Assembly: GCA_044345405.1 (NCBI GenBank)
Contig: JBIJBE010000003.1
Span: 32,001 to 96,000 of the forward strand
DNA from: Bdellovibrionota bacterium
GTDB taxonomy: Bacteria; Bdellovibrionota_C; UBA2361; OMII01
Length of the DNA stretch: 64,000 bases
Reading direction: 5' to 3'
The position numbers and the translations under genes were made by a program. Every line of letters begins with the position of its first letter. Within the stretch, counting starts at the first letter, position 1. The notes beneath the pieces are model-generated. The model was given only the letters and a program-made list of their open reading frames with translations, made no database searches and was not told the origin of the DNA. Positions 48,539-59,157 of this stretch are shown here, in pieces.

Positions 48539-49996
48539 ATGTCACACAATATCGACGAACTTGCGGATTGGGATAAACGGATACTAGAGCTCGTCCATCG
48601 TTACGGGCTGAACTGCTATCCCCAAGAGTTTGAGATCTGTGACCACAATGAGATGCTGGGATACATGGCCTACACCGGTATGCCATCGCACTACCCGCAT
48701 TGGTCGTACGGTAAGTCGTTCGAGCGGCAGAAGACGATGTACGACTACGGTGTATCTGGGCTTCCGTATGAGATGGTGATTAACTCTAATCCGTGTCTCG
48801 CGTACTTGATGCGGGATAACTCGCTCCTCTTGCAGGTGCTGACGATTGCCCACGTATATGGGCACAACGATTTTTTCGCCAATAACTTCACCTTTACCTC
48901 CGGCACGAAAGCTCAGCACGTTCTTCAGTCATTCAAGAGCCATGGGCAACGTATCAGCTCATATCAAGAGGATCCCTCGATCGGTGTAGAGGCGGTCGAG
49001 AACATGATCGATCACGCGCACGCGATCTGTTACCAGCGGTCCCGCAATCTCGCCATAAAGCAGCTGTCTCAAGATGAGCAGGTGGTTCGCGCGTGGGAAC
49101 GATCGCAGCCTCCAGCGGACCCCTGGAGAGAGATTCATCCCGCCCCTGAATATAAGGCACCGAACCTCACCAGGGTGCCAGCGGAGCCGCAGGAGAACAT
49201 TCTGCAGTTTATCGCCAAGTACAATCCGTACCTCCCTGAGTGGAAGAGGGATATCCTTCTGATCGTTGATGCCCAGACGCAATACTTCATGCCGCAGATG
49301 GACACGAAGATCATGAACGAGGGATGGGCGAGCTACTGGCACCACAAGATATTAAACGAGCTGAAGCTCCCACAAGGGATGCACCTTGAGTTCCTGGTGC
49401 GGCACAACCAGGTATTACGTCCTCATCCAGGTGGACTCAATCCCTATCACCTCGGTTTCGTGTTGTGGCACGACATCGAGCGTCGGTGGAACGAGGGGGA
49501 TATCGGCAAGGAGTGGTCTGATGATAAGCCGCCGACCGCGGAGGGCATCAAAGACGAGAACGACACTCCAGGAAGGAAAAAGATCTTTGAGATCCGTGAA
49601 GCTGATCGCGATCAATCGTTCCTTCGTCGCTTCCTTACCCGTGAGATCATGGAGGAGTTGCACCTCTTCCAGCATGAGCGAAGGGGTAAAGACCGCGTGG
49701 TTACCAAGGTGGCGAGCGAAGAGGGGTGGCGTGAGGTAAAAGAGAACCTTATCAAGAACGTTGGAACCGGCTCTATCCCTGTGATTAAGATCGAGGACGC
49801 TGATTTCGGCAAGAACCGCACACTCTACATGAAGCACTACCATGACGGACGAGATCTTCAGCTTGAGTATGCCGAGCACACCCTCAAACACGTCGCCGCG
49901 CTGTGGGAGCGTGAGGTCGTCTTAGAGACCTCTATCAACGGTAAGGAGTCGCTCCTGAAGTTGGTGGGGGATTCGCTTAAGATTGAGCGGTTGTAG
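48539..49996 (+). CDS. spoVR: SpoVR/YcgB family protein
   Basis: GMP.HY.HWS.GK, YEMVINS.P, HVYGHNDFF, TKIMNEGWASYWH and NPY.LG motifs. Confidence 0.95.
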   Translation: MSHNIDELADWDKRILELVHRYGLNCYPQEFEICDHNEMLGYMAYTGMPSHYPHWSYGKSFERQKTMYDYGVSGLPYEMVINSNPCLAYLMRDNSLLLQVLTIAHVYGHNDFFANNFTFTSGTKAQHVLQSFKSHGQRISSYQEDPSIGVEAVENMIDHAHAICYQRSRNLAIKQLSQDEQVVRAWERSQPPADPWREIHPAPEYKAPNLTRVPAEPQENILQFIAKYNPYLPEWKRDILLIVDAQTQYFMPQMDTKIMNEGWASYWHHKILNELKLPQGMHLEFLVRHNQVLRPHPGGLNPYHLGFVLWHDIERRWNEGDIGKEWSDDKPPTAEGIKDENDTPGRKKIFEIREADRDQSFLRRFLTREIMEELHLFQHERRGKDRVVTKVASEEGWREVKENLIKNVGTGSIPVIKIEDADFGKNRTLYMKHYHDGRDLQLEYAEHTLKHVAALWEREVVLETSINGKESLLKLVGDSLKIERL

Positions 49997-50059
49997 CGTT
50001 GCAATGGCCCGATGCTTGTCCCAGGCTTTTCGATGAAGCTCAGATACCTCCAGTTGCCA

Positions 50060-50124
50060 TACGGCCCGCCAGGAGTCGGGCCCTACCGGTTGTTGGGGTA
50101 GGGCCCGCGTCCTCGCGGGCCGTA
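50060..50124. repeat. GTAG-tagged REP-like pair (stem variant)
   Basis: ggcccg-ccaggagt-cgggccctac and gtag-ggcccgc-gtcctc-gcgggcc. Confidence 0.75.
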
Positions 50125-50213
50125 TCCTTCGCCCATCGATACGATTTGCGACCTCTCTCAAGATCGTATACACATGCCTCACTGAAGCCGTGCATATACG
50201 AGAGTTAGCCGTT

Positions 50214-50576
50214 ATGACCACCCCTCTCAGGGTTTATCACTACCCGAAATGCTCCACCTGCAAAAAGGCCCTGGCGTTCCTTCGCGAAAAGGGAATTCCA
50301 TTTGAGGAGGTCGATATCTCGGTTACCCCGCCCTCAAAGGATGAGCTGCGAACCATGATTGAACGCCGAGGTGGTATTCGCACTCTCTTTAACACATCAG
50401 GCCAGCGATATCGGGAGGGGGGATTCTCCGAGAAGGTCGCGACGATGAGCGTAGAGGAGGCCGTTGAGGCGCTCGCGCAGGACGGAATGCTCGTGAAGCG
50501 ACCCTTTGCGCTCGCTGGGGAGTATGGGCTAGTTGGATTTAAGCCGGAGCAGTGGGAGGTTCTTCGAACCGCGTAA
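50214..50576 (+). CDS. ArsC/Spx/MgsR-like thioredoxin-fold protein
   Basis: YPKCSTCKKA, FNTSG..YR, GML.KRP and VGF motifs. Confidence 0.9.
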   Translation: MTTPLRVYHYPKCSTCKKALAFLREKGIPFEEVDISVTPPSKDELRTMIERRGGIRTLFNTSGQRYREGGFSEKVATMSVEEAVEALAQDGMLVKRPFALAGEYGLVGFKPEQWEVLRTA

Positions 50577-50601
50577 TCTACATAGCTCCCACTATGTGGG
50601 G

Positions 50602-51606
50602 CTAGAACTCACTCATCCGCAGCTGTACGGATTTGAGGATGTTCAGGAACGGTTGCTTCCGCGCCATATAGGTCGAGCCGGCGGTGGCATCCCAGCGAGA
50701 CACCTCGGCGATTGATTTCTCAATTGCCTGGCGAGCTGTCTTGCATGCGGTGTCGTAGACCTTGCGGGCGTTCTCATTGCCCCCTAACGTCACCAGAACG
50801 TCGAGTACCTTATTCCATTCAGCTTGAAGTCTCTCCGCAATCGTATCGCGGTGCCACAGCAATCGGTATCCATCACCATTCTCAAGTGGCTTGTCGAGCT
50901 GGAGCTTTTCGACCTCGACATAGCTCTTCAAGTATCTTCCTCGAATCGCCTCAAGATAGGTTTGGAGTCGTTTCGTCGGAAGATCGAGCCTTTGGAAATG
51001 CTCTACCATCGATCCGGCGGCGCCCACGAGTCCGAGGAGTCGGTCATCGCTCGATGAGAGATCGTAATCTGTGGTGAGTTGCTGACAGAGGGTCAGATAG
51101 AGGGCGCTCAACCCACGCTTTTGGGAGGGGGTGATGGTGAGAGGCTCGAGGGCCGCGAGGTAGCTCGCGAAGCGTTCTCCATCCTCGATATGGAGCGATA
51201 ACTTGGTGGAGTCGAAGTCGCGACCAACACCAACAAAATCCCATCCTCCCTTAACAGGTCCAACTTTGAGGCCGATGGCGGCGAGGGTGGGGGCCATATC
51301 CGCTTCAAACTGCTCTCGGAAGATCTGGCGTTGTGAGCTCTCCTCCCGGATCGCATGCGCCATCAACTTCCGAGGAGGGACTTGAGAGTTCGGCGGTAGT
51401 TCTTCAAGCTGATTGACCATGCCTACGATCAGGCGTCCAAGGGTTGGGCCAAGGCCGGTGCCTTCGTTGTGAGCCTTAAGCCGGTCCGTTATGACGGAGA
51501 GGTCGATAGCGCTGTATCGTATCTCCGCCGCGGGAAGGGCCAGCTTCTCGGTGTTGAGCTGTTTTGCTGCAAGTTCTTCAGGTGAGGGTGGTAGCGGTTG
51601 TAGCAT
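50602..51606 (-). CDS. Hypothetical protein
   Basis: Long ORF; ATG at 51606 after GGGAGG; no family recognised. Confidence 0.7.
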   Translation of the reverse strand: MLQPLPPSPEELAAKQLNTEKLALPAAEIRYSAIDLSVITDRLKAHNEGTGLGPTLGRLIVGMVNQLEELPPNSQVPPRKLMAHAIREESSQRQIFREQFEADMAPTLAAIGLKVGPVKGGWDFVGVGRDFDSTKLSLHIEDGERFASYLAALEPLTITPSQKRGLSALYLTLCQQLTTDYDLSSSDDRLLGLVGAAGSMVEHFQRLDLPTKRLQTYLEAIRGRYLKSYVEVEKLQLDKPLENGDGYRLLWHRDTIAERLQAEWNKVLDVLVTLGGNENARKVYDTACKTARQAIEKSIAEVSRWDATAGSTYMARKQPFLNILKSVQLRMSEF

Positions 51607-51718
51607 GTGCCTCCCGGTGTAATCCTCCTTCCATTGTGGCAGAAGGAAACCGCTACGCAATCCGCTACGAATTGAGACCGATTCCGACAGATGGAGAGAG
51701 GGGGCTCTCGGTGAAAGC

Positions 51719-53104
51719 CTAGTTAGCTTTCAGGCAGTTCACCAGCCCCTCACACACCTTCTTCGCGTCACCGAAGATGAGCGAACAGTTATCGAGGTAG
51801 AAGAGGTCGTTCTCCACACCTGAGTATCCAGGGTTCATCGAACGCTTGATGACGTACACCATCTTAGATTTGTACGCCTCAAGGATAGGCATGCCGTAGA
51901 GCGGGCTTGATTTGTTCGTGCGCGCCGCTGGATTTACCACGTCGTTAGCGCCGATAACGAGAACGGCGTCGGCGCGAGCGAAGTCTGGGTTGATCTCCTC
52001 AAGCTCAAGCACTGAGTCGTAGGGGATCTCTGATTCAGCGAGGAGTACGTTCATGTGCCCCGGCATGCGACCGGCAACGGGATGGATAGCGAACTTGACC
52101 TCCACTCCTCGGGAGTGAAGCTGTTCAAAAAGCTCTTTGACCGCGTGCTGCGCTTGTGCGACCGCCATTCCGTATCCAGGAACAACGATAACACTTGAGG
52201 CGTTCTCAAACATGAATGCCGCATCCTCAGTGCTCGCCGAGCGGCACGCTTTTGTCTGCGCGTCAGCGGCCGCAGCCTCTGCGGTTGTTCCAAACCCTCC
52301 AAGGATCACGTTCATCAGTGAGCGGTTCATCGCCTTGCACATGATGTAGGAGAGTATCGCTCCACTTGAACCCACAAGCGCGCCCGTCGCGATGAGAAGT
52401 TGATTGTTGAGTGTGAATCCCGTCGCCGAAGCTGCCCAACCCGAGTAGGAGTTCAGCATCGATACAACGACCGGCATATCGGAGCCGCCGATTGGAAGAA
52501 CGAGAAGGAACCCAAGAAGAAGGGCGATCGCCGTTGCCGCGACGAAGAGGGTGATATTGTGATCGTACGCGAAGAGCGCCGAGAGTACCACGATAGCTCC
52601 GATAAGGAGCGCGTTGAGCGCGTGTTGTCCCCTAAAAATAAGTGGCGCTGAGCCAAGTATCGCTTGCAGTTTTCCAAAGGCGATCAGAGAACCGGTAAAG
52701 GTAACAGCGCCGATTGCGCTTCCTACCACGAGCTCAGTAAGAAGGACCGCGTTGATGTGCCCCTCTTGAACGTGCATGAGGTAGGTGCCCGAGGCGACTA
52801 ATACAGCGGCGAGGCCGACGAAGCTGTGGAGCGCCGCGACGAGCTGTGGCATCGCGGTCATCTTGATGCGCGTCGCTAACGGCACGCCGATTACCGCGCC
52901 CGCCGCGAGACCTCCAAAGATGATGCCGTAGTTCGAAACGCTCGGATGAAAGAGGGTAACGACGATGGCGAACCCCATGCCGAGCATCGATAGGCGGTTT
53001 CCTCGAAGGGCTGTCTTCGGGTGGCTCAATCCCTTGAGGCCGAAGATAAACATGATCGAGGCGACAAGGTACGCGAAGGCGAAGAAATCGGGACTTAGAT
53101 TCAT
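51719..53104 (-). CDS. pntB: NAD(P) transhydrogenase beta subunit
   Basis: MTAMPQLVA..HS.VGLAA, DMPVV.SMLNSYSGWA and AIHPVAGRMPGHMNVLLAE motifs. Confidence 0.97.
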   Translation of the reverse strand: MNLSPDFFAFAYLVASIMFIFGLKGLSHPKTALRGNRLSMLGMGFAIVVTLFHPSVSNYGIIFGGLAAGAVIGVPLATRIKMTAMPQLVAALHSFVGLAAVLVASGTYLMHVQEGHINAVLLTELVVGSAIGAVTFTGSLIAFGKLQAILGSAPLIFRGQHALNALLIGAIVVLSALFAYDHNITLFVAATAIALLLGFLLVLPIGGSDMPVVVSMLNSYSGWAASATGFTLNNQLLIATGALVGSSGAILSYIMCKAMNRSLMNVILGGFGTTAEAAAADAQTKACRSASTEDAAFMFENASSVIVVPGYGMAVAQAQHAVKELFEQLHSRGVEVKFAIHPVAGRMPGHMNVLLAESEIPYDSVLELEEINPDFARADAVLVIGANDVVNPAARTNKSSPLYGMPILEAYKSKMVYVIKRSMNPGYSGVENDLFYLDNCSLIFGDAKKVCEGLVNCLKAN

Positions 53105-53118
53105 GGTCGAGCTCTCTA

Positions 53119-53406
53119 CTATTTCTTTTTGAACATCGCTAAAATGCGATTAGTCACAACGAAACCACCGAAGATGTTTATCGCCGCCAACGTGACAGCG
53201 AGGAATCCTACAACCTGAATCCATACTGATTGGCTCGCCTGAGGTGAGCCCGCCACGAGCATCGCGCCTATCACAAGGATAGCGCTGATCGCGTTCGTTA
53301 CCGCCATGAGCGGGGTATGAAGAGCCGGCGTAACTCCCCAGATAACGTGGTATCCCACCAAGCAGGCGAGGGTGAAGACGTATATCGCGGTCATTGTTGG
53401 TGACAT
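53119..53406 (-). CDS. pntAB: NAD(P) transhydrogenase alpha subunit part 2 (membrane)
   Basis: [13 protein letters not shown] and NIFGGF.VT.R.L.MF motifs. Confidence 0.95.
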   Translation of the reverse strand: MSPTMTAIYVFTLACLVGYHVIWGVTPALHTPLMAVTNAISAILVIGAMLVAGSPQASQSVWIQVVGFLAVTLAAINIFGGFVVTNRILAMFKKK

Positions 53407-53413
53407 GGCGCTC

Positions 53414-54547
53414 CTATTTTCCTTTCATGCGTAAGATACCTTGGTGAACGAGAAGCGACGCCTCGATGATGTCGTCCTCAAGATTCACGATGAATGTCGA
53501 TTCCCCACTGTCGCGTTGTTTCACAAAGAGATCGAAGAGGGAGACAAGATTGCGAGCGAAGAAGCTACTCGAATCGGTGGCCATCATCGCGGGATAGTTC
53601 GTGTGGCCGACGATCTTCACCCCGTTATAGTTCACGATCTCGTCAGGCTTGCTCAGCGCGCAGTTTCCTCCGCTTGGTGTCGCCATGTCGACGACAACGG
53701 AGCCGCATCTCATGTTGGCGACGACCGATTCAGAGATGAGCAGGGGAGCTTTGCGACCCGGCACGTTCGCTGTTGAGATGATGATATCGCTCTTTGAGAG
53801 CTTCTCATCGAGGGCGTCTTGAATTCGCTTCTTTGAATCCTCAGAGAGCTCCTTCGCGTAGCCTCCTGTTCCGCTCCCTGATTCGTCGAGCTGGATTTCG
53901 ATCGGCTTGGCGCCAAGTGATAAGATCTGCTCGCGCGTCTCCGGGCGAACGTCGTACGCCTCCACCGTAGCCCCGAGCTTGCGCGCTGTCGCGATCGCTT
54001 GAAGCCCCGCTACACCGGCGCCGAGAACGGTAACCTTGGTCGCTTTCGCGGAGCCGGCGGAGGTCATCATCATTGGGAAAAATCTGCCGTAATGTTGGGC
54101 CGCCTCAAGGACGGCGCGATAGCCGGCAATCCCAGCTTGTGATGAGAGGACGTCCATCGCTTGAGCTCGCGATGTTCGGGGGATCGCCTCAAGCGCGAGC
54201 GCGTCCACCTTATCCTTAGCGAAACGCTCGAGGAGGTGCCCGTTACGATACGGCTCAAGAAGCGAGACGATCATCGCGCCCGATTGAATGGTAGCGCTTT
54301 CCTGTTCAGTGGGAGGAGCGACCTTGGTGACGAGGTGTGTTGCCCACACTTCTCGCGGAGAGACGATTTTTGCGCCCGCGGCGTCGTAGTCCTCGTCTCG
54401 AAATCCGGCGGAGAGACCGGCGCCCTCCTCAATGTGAATATCGAATCCGTACTTGGCGAGCCTCTTCACGGAGTCCGGGGTCGCCGCGACGCGGGTTTCT
54501 CCCTTGCTTGTTTCCTTCGGTACGCCGATCGAGATGCGTTTATCCAT
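53414..54547 (-). CDS. pntAA: NAD(P) transhydrogenase alpha subunit part 1
   Basis: [28 protein letters not shown] and GYAKE motifs; start trimmed to MDKRI. Confidence 0.95.
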   Translation of the reverse strand: MDKRISIGVPKETSKGETRVAATPDSVKRLAKYGFDIHIEEGAGLSAGFRDEDYDAAGAKIVSPREVWATHLVTKVAPPTEQESATIQSGAMIVSLLEPYRNGHLLERFAKDKVDALALEAIPRTSRAQAMDVLSSQAGIAGYRAVLEAAQHYGRFFPMMMTSAGSAKATKVTVLGAGVAGLQAIATARKLGATVEAYDVRPETREQILSLGAKPIEIQLDESGSGTGGYAKELSEDSKKRIQDALDEKLSKSDIIISTANVPGRKAPLLISESVVANMRCGSVVVDMATPSGGNCALSKPDEIVNYNGVKIVGHTNYPAMMATDSSSFFARNLVSLFDLFVKQRDSGESTFIVNLEDDIIEASLLVHQGILRMKGK

Positions 54548-54740
54548 ACTAGTGCCCACCGTTAACGGTATGAGTAGCCAAGCCGGGGAGCTTCCGCCCT
54601 TAAGCAGGAGATCCTCGTATTGAGCAAGGTCGGTCAGGTCTTGAGGGAACTTGAGTGCTAGTAGTTCGTAGGGGGTGTTAGGGGGGGCGAAAAAGCGGGG
54701 GGTGGGGTAACTGCTTGAAAGTAGGATGGGCAAGCCAATC

Positions 54741-54861
54741 GGAGGGCGACCAGTTTGTCCCCCGAAGCCTTGGCGAAGGGGGATCCTGGTCGCCGAAATG
54801 TCTCGTATCGCAAAAGGGCATCGCCTCACGCAACACGGCGGTCAGGAATGACCGCCCTCCC
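54741..54861. repeat. REPIN-like doublet with a nested mini-element
   Basis: ggagggcgacc[insert]ggtcgcc, a 42-nt spacer (gaaa...acac), then ggcggtc-aggaat-gaccgccctccc. Confidence 0.88.
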
Positions 54862-54895
54862 GGGTCTCAGGTTATGCGACGGATGTATTTCGTAC

Positions 54896-56329
54896 CTACT
54901 GCCGCTTAATCCAAACCTCTTTATCCCGCATCAGGGTCGAGAGGGAGACGCCCTCCTCAACCTGGATAGTTATCTCCACCGTGTCCCCCTCTACCTTGGG
55001 GGTAGCCGCCAAGATCCCTTTGAATTCGGCGGGTGGGTATTGAGGGAGGGCGAGACCGAGGTTGGCGAGGCCGCACTTTGGAATGACAATCTTATAGGTG
55101 GTTGGATCGACCTTGCTCATCCGCGCTTGGGCGCCCCCCTGGCTCAACGCGACGCGGAACGCCTCTTTATGGTCAGGCTCAAGGAACGAGAAGTCCGCTC
55201 GCTGCACCGTGAAGTCTGTCACAGGAGCCGCCGGTATGGGATTTGCGCGAAGCCCTGAAATGGAATCAGGTTTTGCGGCTGGTTGGTTAGTCGTTCCTGT
55301 CGGAAGATCTTTGGTGACGATTCCGGGGGCTTTGGTCGCTGGAGCCGCGGGTTGACCCTTGGGAAGTTTCTCCTCAGTGAGGTCTCCCTCGTTGATATCG
55401 TCAACGGGTACGTCAACGAGATCCTCTCCCTCTAGCTCGGCGGGGTCTGGAAGCTCTTCACCGCGCTCTAACGCTTGCGACGCTTTCGCGACCTCTTTAT
55501 CAAGGGCCTCTTCAAGCTCCTTGTCGGTCATATCGGGAAGTTTCGGTGCTGTGGTTGTGATGCGTGGTTCTACGGATGGCTGTGTAACCGGAGCCTTCGT
55601 AAGAGCGATCGTGGGCGCGATCGTTGGCGCCTTTGTTGGAACGATTGTTGGCGTCTGCGTCGGGGTCACCGTTGCGGTCGGAGCTGGAGGTTTCGTGGGC
55701 TGAGCAGGAGCGGTTGTTGGCGCCGTTGTTGGTGCCGTCGTCGCTTTGACGGCTGTTGGAGCCGCTTGAGCTTTCGTCGGTTCTAGTTGCGGAGCTGCTG
55801 GAGGAGTTGGTATCGCGGTAGCAACCGGCGCGGCTGGAGCGATAGGAGCGGCGGCGGGTGCGGCTCCTGACTCAACGATCCGAAGGGTGGCATGTCGAGG
55901 CCCTCCGCGCCACTCATAGTGAGGCACGGTTGGAGTTAAGAGGTCCATCACAATTCTCAGCTTGTCGGCGTGCGCTCCGAGGCGGATCATTTTAATGACC
56001 GCATTTTTTGGAGGCACTAAATTCTCGCTGGTCTTGATCGATACTCCGTGAAAATCGATCACGATACGGGCGGGGTTCTCAAGGGTGAAGGATTCTACCT
56101 TCGCGTCTTGGGGAACCATGATCTTTAGGAGCAGGAGCGTTGCTTCGGGGGTCCGTTCGCGATCGATGATTACGTTGACCTTTTGTTTCGAGGAAAGGGT
56201 TGACGCACCAGTGGTGTCTTGGCCCGCCTGAGCATGAGCCGTTTCGACCGGACATTGTCCAGAAACGAGGAGTGAAGCCGTTACAGTGAGGAGGTGACCG
56301 AGGGGGAACGAGTGACGAGAGCGATTCAT
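54896..56329 (-). CDS. Exported AMIN-domain protein with a long Pro/Thr/Ala linker
   Basis: F.LENPARIVIDF and IRLG.H..KLRIV.DL (AMIN); PT(I/K)APT repeats. Confidence 0.75.
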   Translation of the reverse strand: MNRSRHSFPLGHLLTVTASLLVSGQCPVETAHAQAGQDTTGASTLSSKQKVNVIIDRERTPEATLLLLKIMVPQDAKVESFTLENPARIVIDFHGVSIKTSENLVPPKNAVIKMIRLGAHADKLRIVMDLLTPTVPHYEWRGGPRHATLRIVESGAAPAAAPIAPAAPVATAIPTPPAAPQLEPTKAQAAPTAVKATTAPTTAPTTAPAQPTKPPAPTATVTPTQTPTIVPTKAPTIAPTIALTKAPVTQPSVEPRITTTAPKLPDMTDKELEEALDKEVAKASQALERGEELPDPAELEGEDLVDVPVDDINEGDLTEEKLPKGQPAAPATKAPGIVTKDLPTGTTNQPAAKPDSISGLRANPIPAAPVTDFTVQRADFSFLEPDHKEAFRVALSQGGAQARMSKVDPTTYKIVIPKCGLANLGLALPQYPPAEFKGILAATPKVEGDTVEITIQVEEGVSLSTLMRDKEVWIKRQ

Positions 56330-56513
56330 AGGGTCGTTGATTGAATGAGCTAAGGGGAACGTACACGCGCCATCCGCGCTCAATCGTGACCGTCAGTGGG
56401 ACGGGACGTCGAGGCGGGAGCGAGCGTCGTTCACACTCGATAATACACGCTATCCCTAATCATCACTCGCAACCGCTCGAGTCGCAAGTTACCAATCGTA
56501 TAAGGACGGGGGG

Positions 56514-57284
56514 TTACGCCCCAAGAGCCGCTTGAATCTCTTCCTTAATCGCGTTTTGCTTCGCTCTCGAGGCCTGCTCGGCGAGGGCTTGGCGTCTCTC
56601 CATCGCGCTCAGGAGCTTGCGTTGGCAGGCCGAGAGTTGAGATGTGTGTTTGCTGGTGAGCACCCAGCGGCGTTCCGCTCCTGTTTCATCTCGAACAGCT
56701 AGCATGAGCCGCCGTTGGTCGCCGAAGTCCTCCTCCATCTCCTCGGTACTTACCGAGACGTGCTCAGAGAAGCGGTGGGCGAACTCTCTTTGTGAGCCGA
56801 AGGGGGTCTCGGAGAACATCACCAGCGAGTCTGGAAAGAGGGTGATCCACACCGGAACGGGGCCGCGAGGCTCCTCTTCCTTTTGGGCGCCGAGGTCGGA
56901 CTCCGGTTGTTGGTCATCGGAGAACTGGCGTTCAAGAAGCCCTTTAAACTGAGCCTGGGGAACCAAGTACTGTCCTTTCGCTTGCTGCGCGTAATGGCAG
57001 GCCGCTGCCCGAGCGGCGGTGTACTCGACGATAAGCTTCGGTTTGAGTGAGTGCCACGCCTTTGAAGTCGCGACCTGGAAGGCGAAGGGGATGATCAGGA
57101 AGGTTCCCCAAAAATACCACTGCTCACGCATCCCCACCGCCATCGCCCATCCAAACATCAGGACCACCAGGATAGTGGAAATGGCGGTTGATTGGGCCCG
57201 GGAGACTACCTCCGCGCGCTCCTCTGGGGGTATCTTTTGCCAGATGTCCTGCAGCAGCGCTTCGTTTACTGAATTTGTTTCCAT
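56514..57284 (-). CDS. Hypothetical membrane protein
   Basis: Two N-terminal TM-like segments followed by a soluble domain. Confidence 0.65.
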   Translation of the reverse strand: METNSVNEALLQDIWQKIPPEERAEVVSRAQSTAISTILVVLMFGWAMAVGMREQWYFWGTFLIIPFAFQVATSKAWHSLKPKLIVEYTAARAAACHYAQQAKGQYLVPQAQFKGLLERQFSDDQQPESDLGAQKEEEPRGPVPVWITLFPDSLVMFSETPFGSQREFAHRFSEHVSVSTEEMEEDFGDQRRLMLAVRDETGAERRWVLTSKHTSQLSACQRKLLSAMERRQALAEQASRAKQNAIKEEIQAALGA

Positions 57285-57452
57285 CGACCCAAAGGAAATT
57301 ATTACCCGTCGTTCTTTCGCACAGCCGCTAACCCGTTGATTCGCCAAAGCTTATCGGGCCTCGCCGTTCGGGTGTCTCATGGGTAGCACAAGTCGTACCG
57401 CCCGAAGGGGGAAAGAGCGCAACTTTTCGGCCAGTTCCCCGAAAAGCTCCTC

Positions 57453-58994
57453 ATGTTTGCTACCGTTCATTCCAGTTGTGTGGTCGGCCTCGATGCGCTC
57501 CCGGTGCAGGTCGAATTGTCCGTTCGTGGTGGGCAAAAGCGGTTCACCGTTTTGGGCCTTGGAGGGACCGCCGTTCGTGAGTCTCGGGATCGGATCGTGT
57601 CGGCGTTGGAGCATAGCGGCTTTGACGCCAGCCAGGAGATCCTCGTGAACTTAGCGCCCGCGGAGGTCAAGAAGGAGAGCGCCGCGTTCGACCTGCCGAT
57701 AGCGGTGGCGCTCGCGTGCGCCCTTGGCGGGGTGCCACAGCAGGCGATTAACGATCTGGCGTTCTGTGGGGAGCTCTCGCTTACGGGTGAGGTCAAAGAG
57801 ACGCCCGGAATTACGGCGCACGCCGTGGCGGCGGCGCAACAGAAACGGAAGATCATCGTTGTGCCGGAAGCTAATGGAGCTGAGGCCGCGGTTGTTCGCG
57901 GGGTTCGGGTGCTCGGAGTTCGAACGCTCTCGCAGGTCATTCGGGTGCTCAATGGACGAGAGGAGCCACGGTTTCACACAAGCGCGCCGCGTGAGCGGAG
58001 CTACCAGCCGAAGAGCTTCGACGATGTCGTCGGGCAACACGCCGCTAAGCGAGCGCTCACGATCGCGGCCGCGGGAGCTCATAATATTTTGATGATAGGC
58101 CCGCCTGGATGTGGCAAAAGTATGCTCGCGGAGCGTCTCGCATCGCTCCTGCCACCACTCTCATCCGCTGAAATGTTGGAGGTGCTGCGCATTCACAGTA
58201 TTGCCGGGCAGCCGACAGAACCGATCCTATCGGGCGTTCGCCCCTTCCGAACGCCGCACTACGTTATTAGCGATGTTGGACTTATCGGTGGAGGACTTGG
58301 TCCCCGACCTGGAGAGATAAGCCTCGCGCACCGTGGGGTGCTCTTCCTCGACGAGTTTCCGGAGTTTCGACGAACCACGGTGGAATCCCTCCGGTCGCCC
58401 CTTGAGGTGGGGTGGGTGCAGGTCGCTCGCGCTCGCGCCTCCGTTCACTTTCCATCCCGTTTTCAATTAATCGCGGCGATGAATCCGTGTCCGTGTGGTC
58501 GTTTCGGTTCGAAGGGGGGCGGGTGTCGATGTCCTCACCACGCGATCCGCGACTACATCGCGAAGTTATCCCAACCGATCCTCGACCGTATCGATATGCA
58601 CGTGGAACTTGAGTCCGTTGAGGTTGAGGACCTCGTCACACCGCCGGAGGTCAAGACAAACCACCATGAGTCGCTCGCTGAAGCCGTAAGCTTGGCGCGG
58701 GAGCGGCAGATCGCGCGGTACGGAACCCTCAATAACGAGGTATCTGATGGAGTAATTCGTGAGAGCTCGTCGATTACTCCGGGTGCTCGAGATCTTCTCA
58801 CCCAGGCGATTAAACGGCTCGGCATGAGCGCGCGCGGATACGTTCGTGTGCTGCGAGTGGCGCGCACGATCGCCGATCTCGCGCAGAGCGATCAGATCGA
58901 CGAAGAGACGATCGCGGAGGCGATCTCGTATCGGTCTCTGGATCGGTTGTCGAATGTGGTGCATGGGGCGCAGCCGTTTCGGCGGGCGGGATAG
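57453..58994 (+). CDS. comM: ComM/YifB Mg-chelatase-like AAA+ ATPase
   Basis: VNLAPA..KK, FDLPIA, GPPGCGKSM, GEISLAHRGVLFLDE, AMNPCPCG and VARTIADL motifs. Confidence 0.94.
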   Translation: MFATVHSSCVVGLDALPVQVELSVRGGQKRFTVLGLGGTAVRESRDRIVSALEHSGFDASQEILVNLAPAEVKKESAAFDLPIAVALACALGGVPQQAINDLAFCGELSLTGEVKETPGITAHAVAAAQQKRKIIVVPEANGAEAAVVRGVRVLGVRTLSQVIRVLNGREEPRFHTSAPRERSYQPKSFDDVVGQHAAKRALTIAAAGAHNILMIGPPGCGKSMLAERLASLLPPLSSAEMLEVLRIHSIAGQPTEPILSGVRPFRTPHYVISDVGLIGGGLGPRPGEISLAHRGVLFLDEFPEFRRTTVESLRSPLEVGWVQVARARASVHFPSRFQLIAAMNPCPCGRFGSKGGGCRCPHHAIRDYIAKLSQPILDRIDMHVELESVEVEDLVTPPEVKTNHHESLAEAVSLARERQIARYGTLNNEVSDGVIRESSSITPGARDLLTQAIKRLGMSARGYVRVLRVARTIADLAQSDQIDEETIAEAISYRSLDRLSNVVHGAQPFRRAG

Positions 58995-59018
58995 GGTGGT
59001 GTGCGAGCCGGCGGTGAC

Positions 59019-59139
59019 GGGAGGGCGACCGTCCCCGGTCGCCGTGTGTTTTAATTAGGCGAACGGTTTCCGATCATGTAACGTTTCGGCGACCGACACG
59101 TTCCCCGAAGATTTCGCGTAGGGGGGCGGTCGCCCTCCC
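59019..59139. repeat. REPIN-like doublet with a degenerate nested mini-element
   Basis: gggagggcgaccgtccccggtcgcc, a 44-nt spacer (gtgt...tttc), then ggcgacc[insert]ggtcgccctccc. Confidence 0.88.
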
Positions 59140-59157
59140 TGGCACCAGGTTCAACAT

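Noticed and set aside
45337-49996. prkA-yeaH-spoVR as a novel system or evidence of sporulation
   Set aside because: It is a widespread known three-gene module that also occurs in non-sporulating bacteria.
54548-54829. N-terminal extension of PntA in the ORF track
   Set aside because: It runs through a REPIN and intergenic DNA; homology starts at [12 protein letters not shown] (54547).
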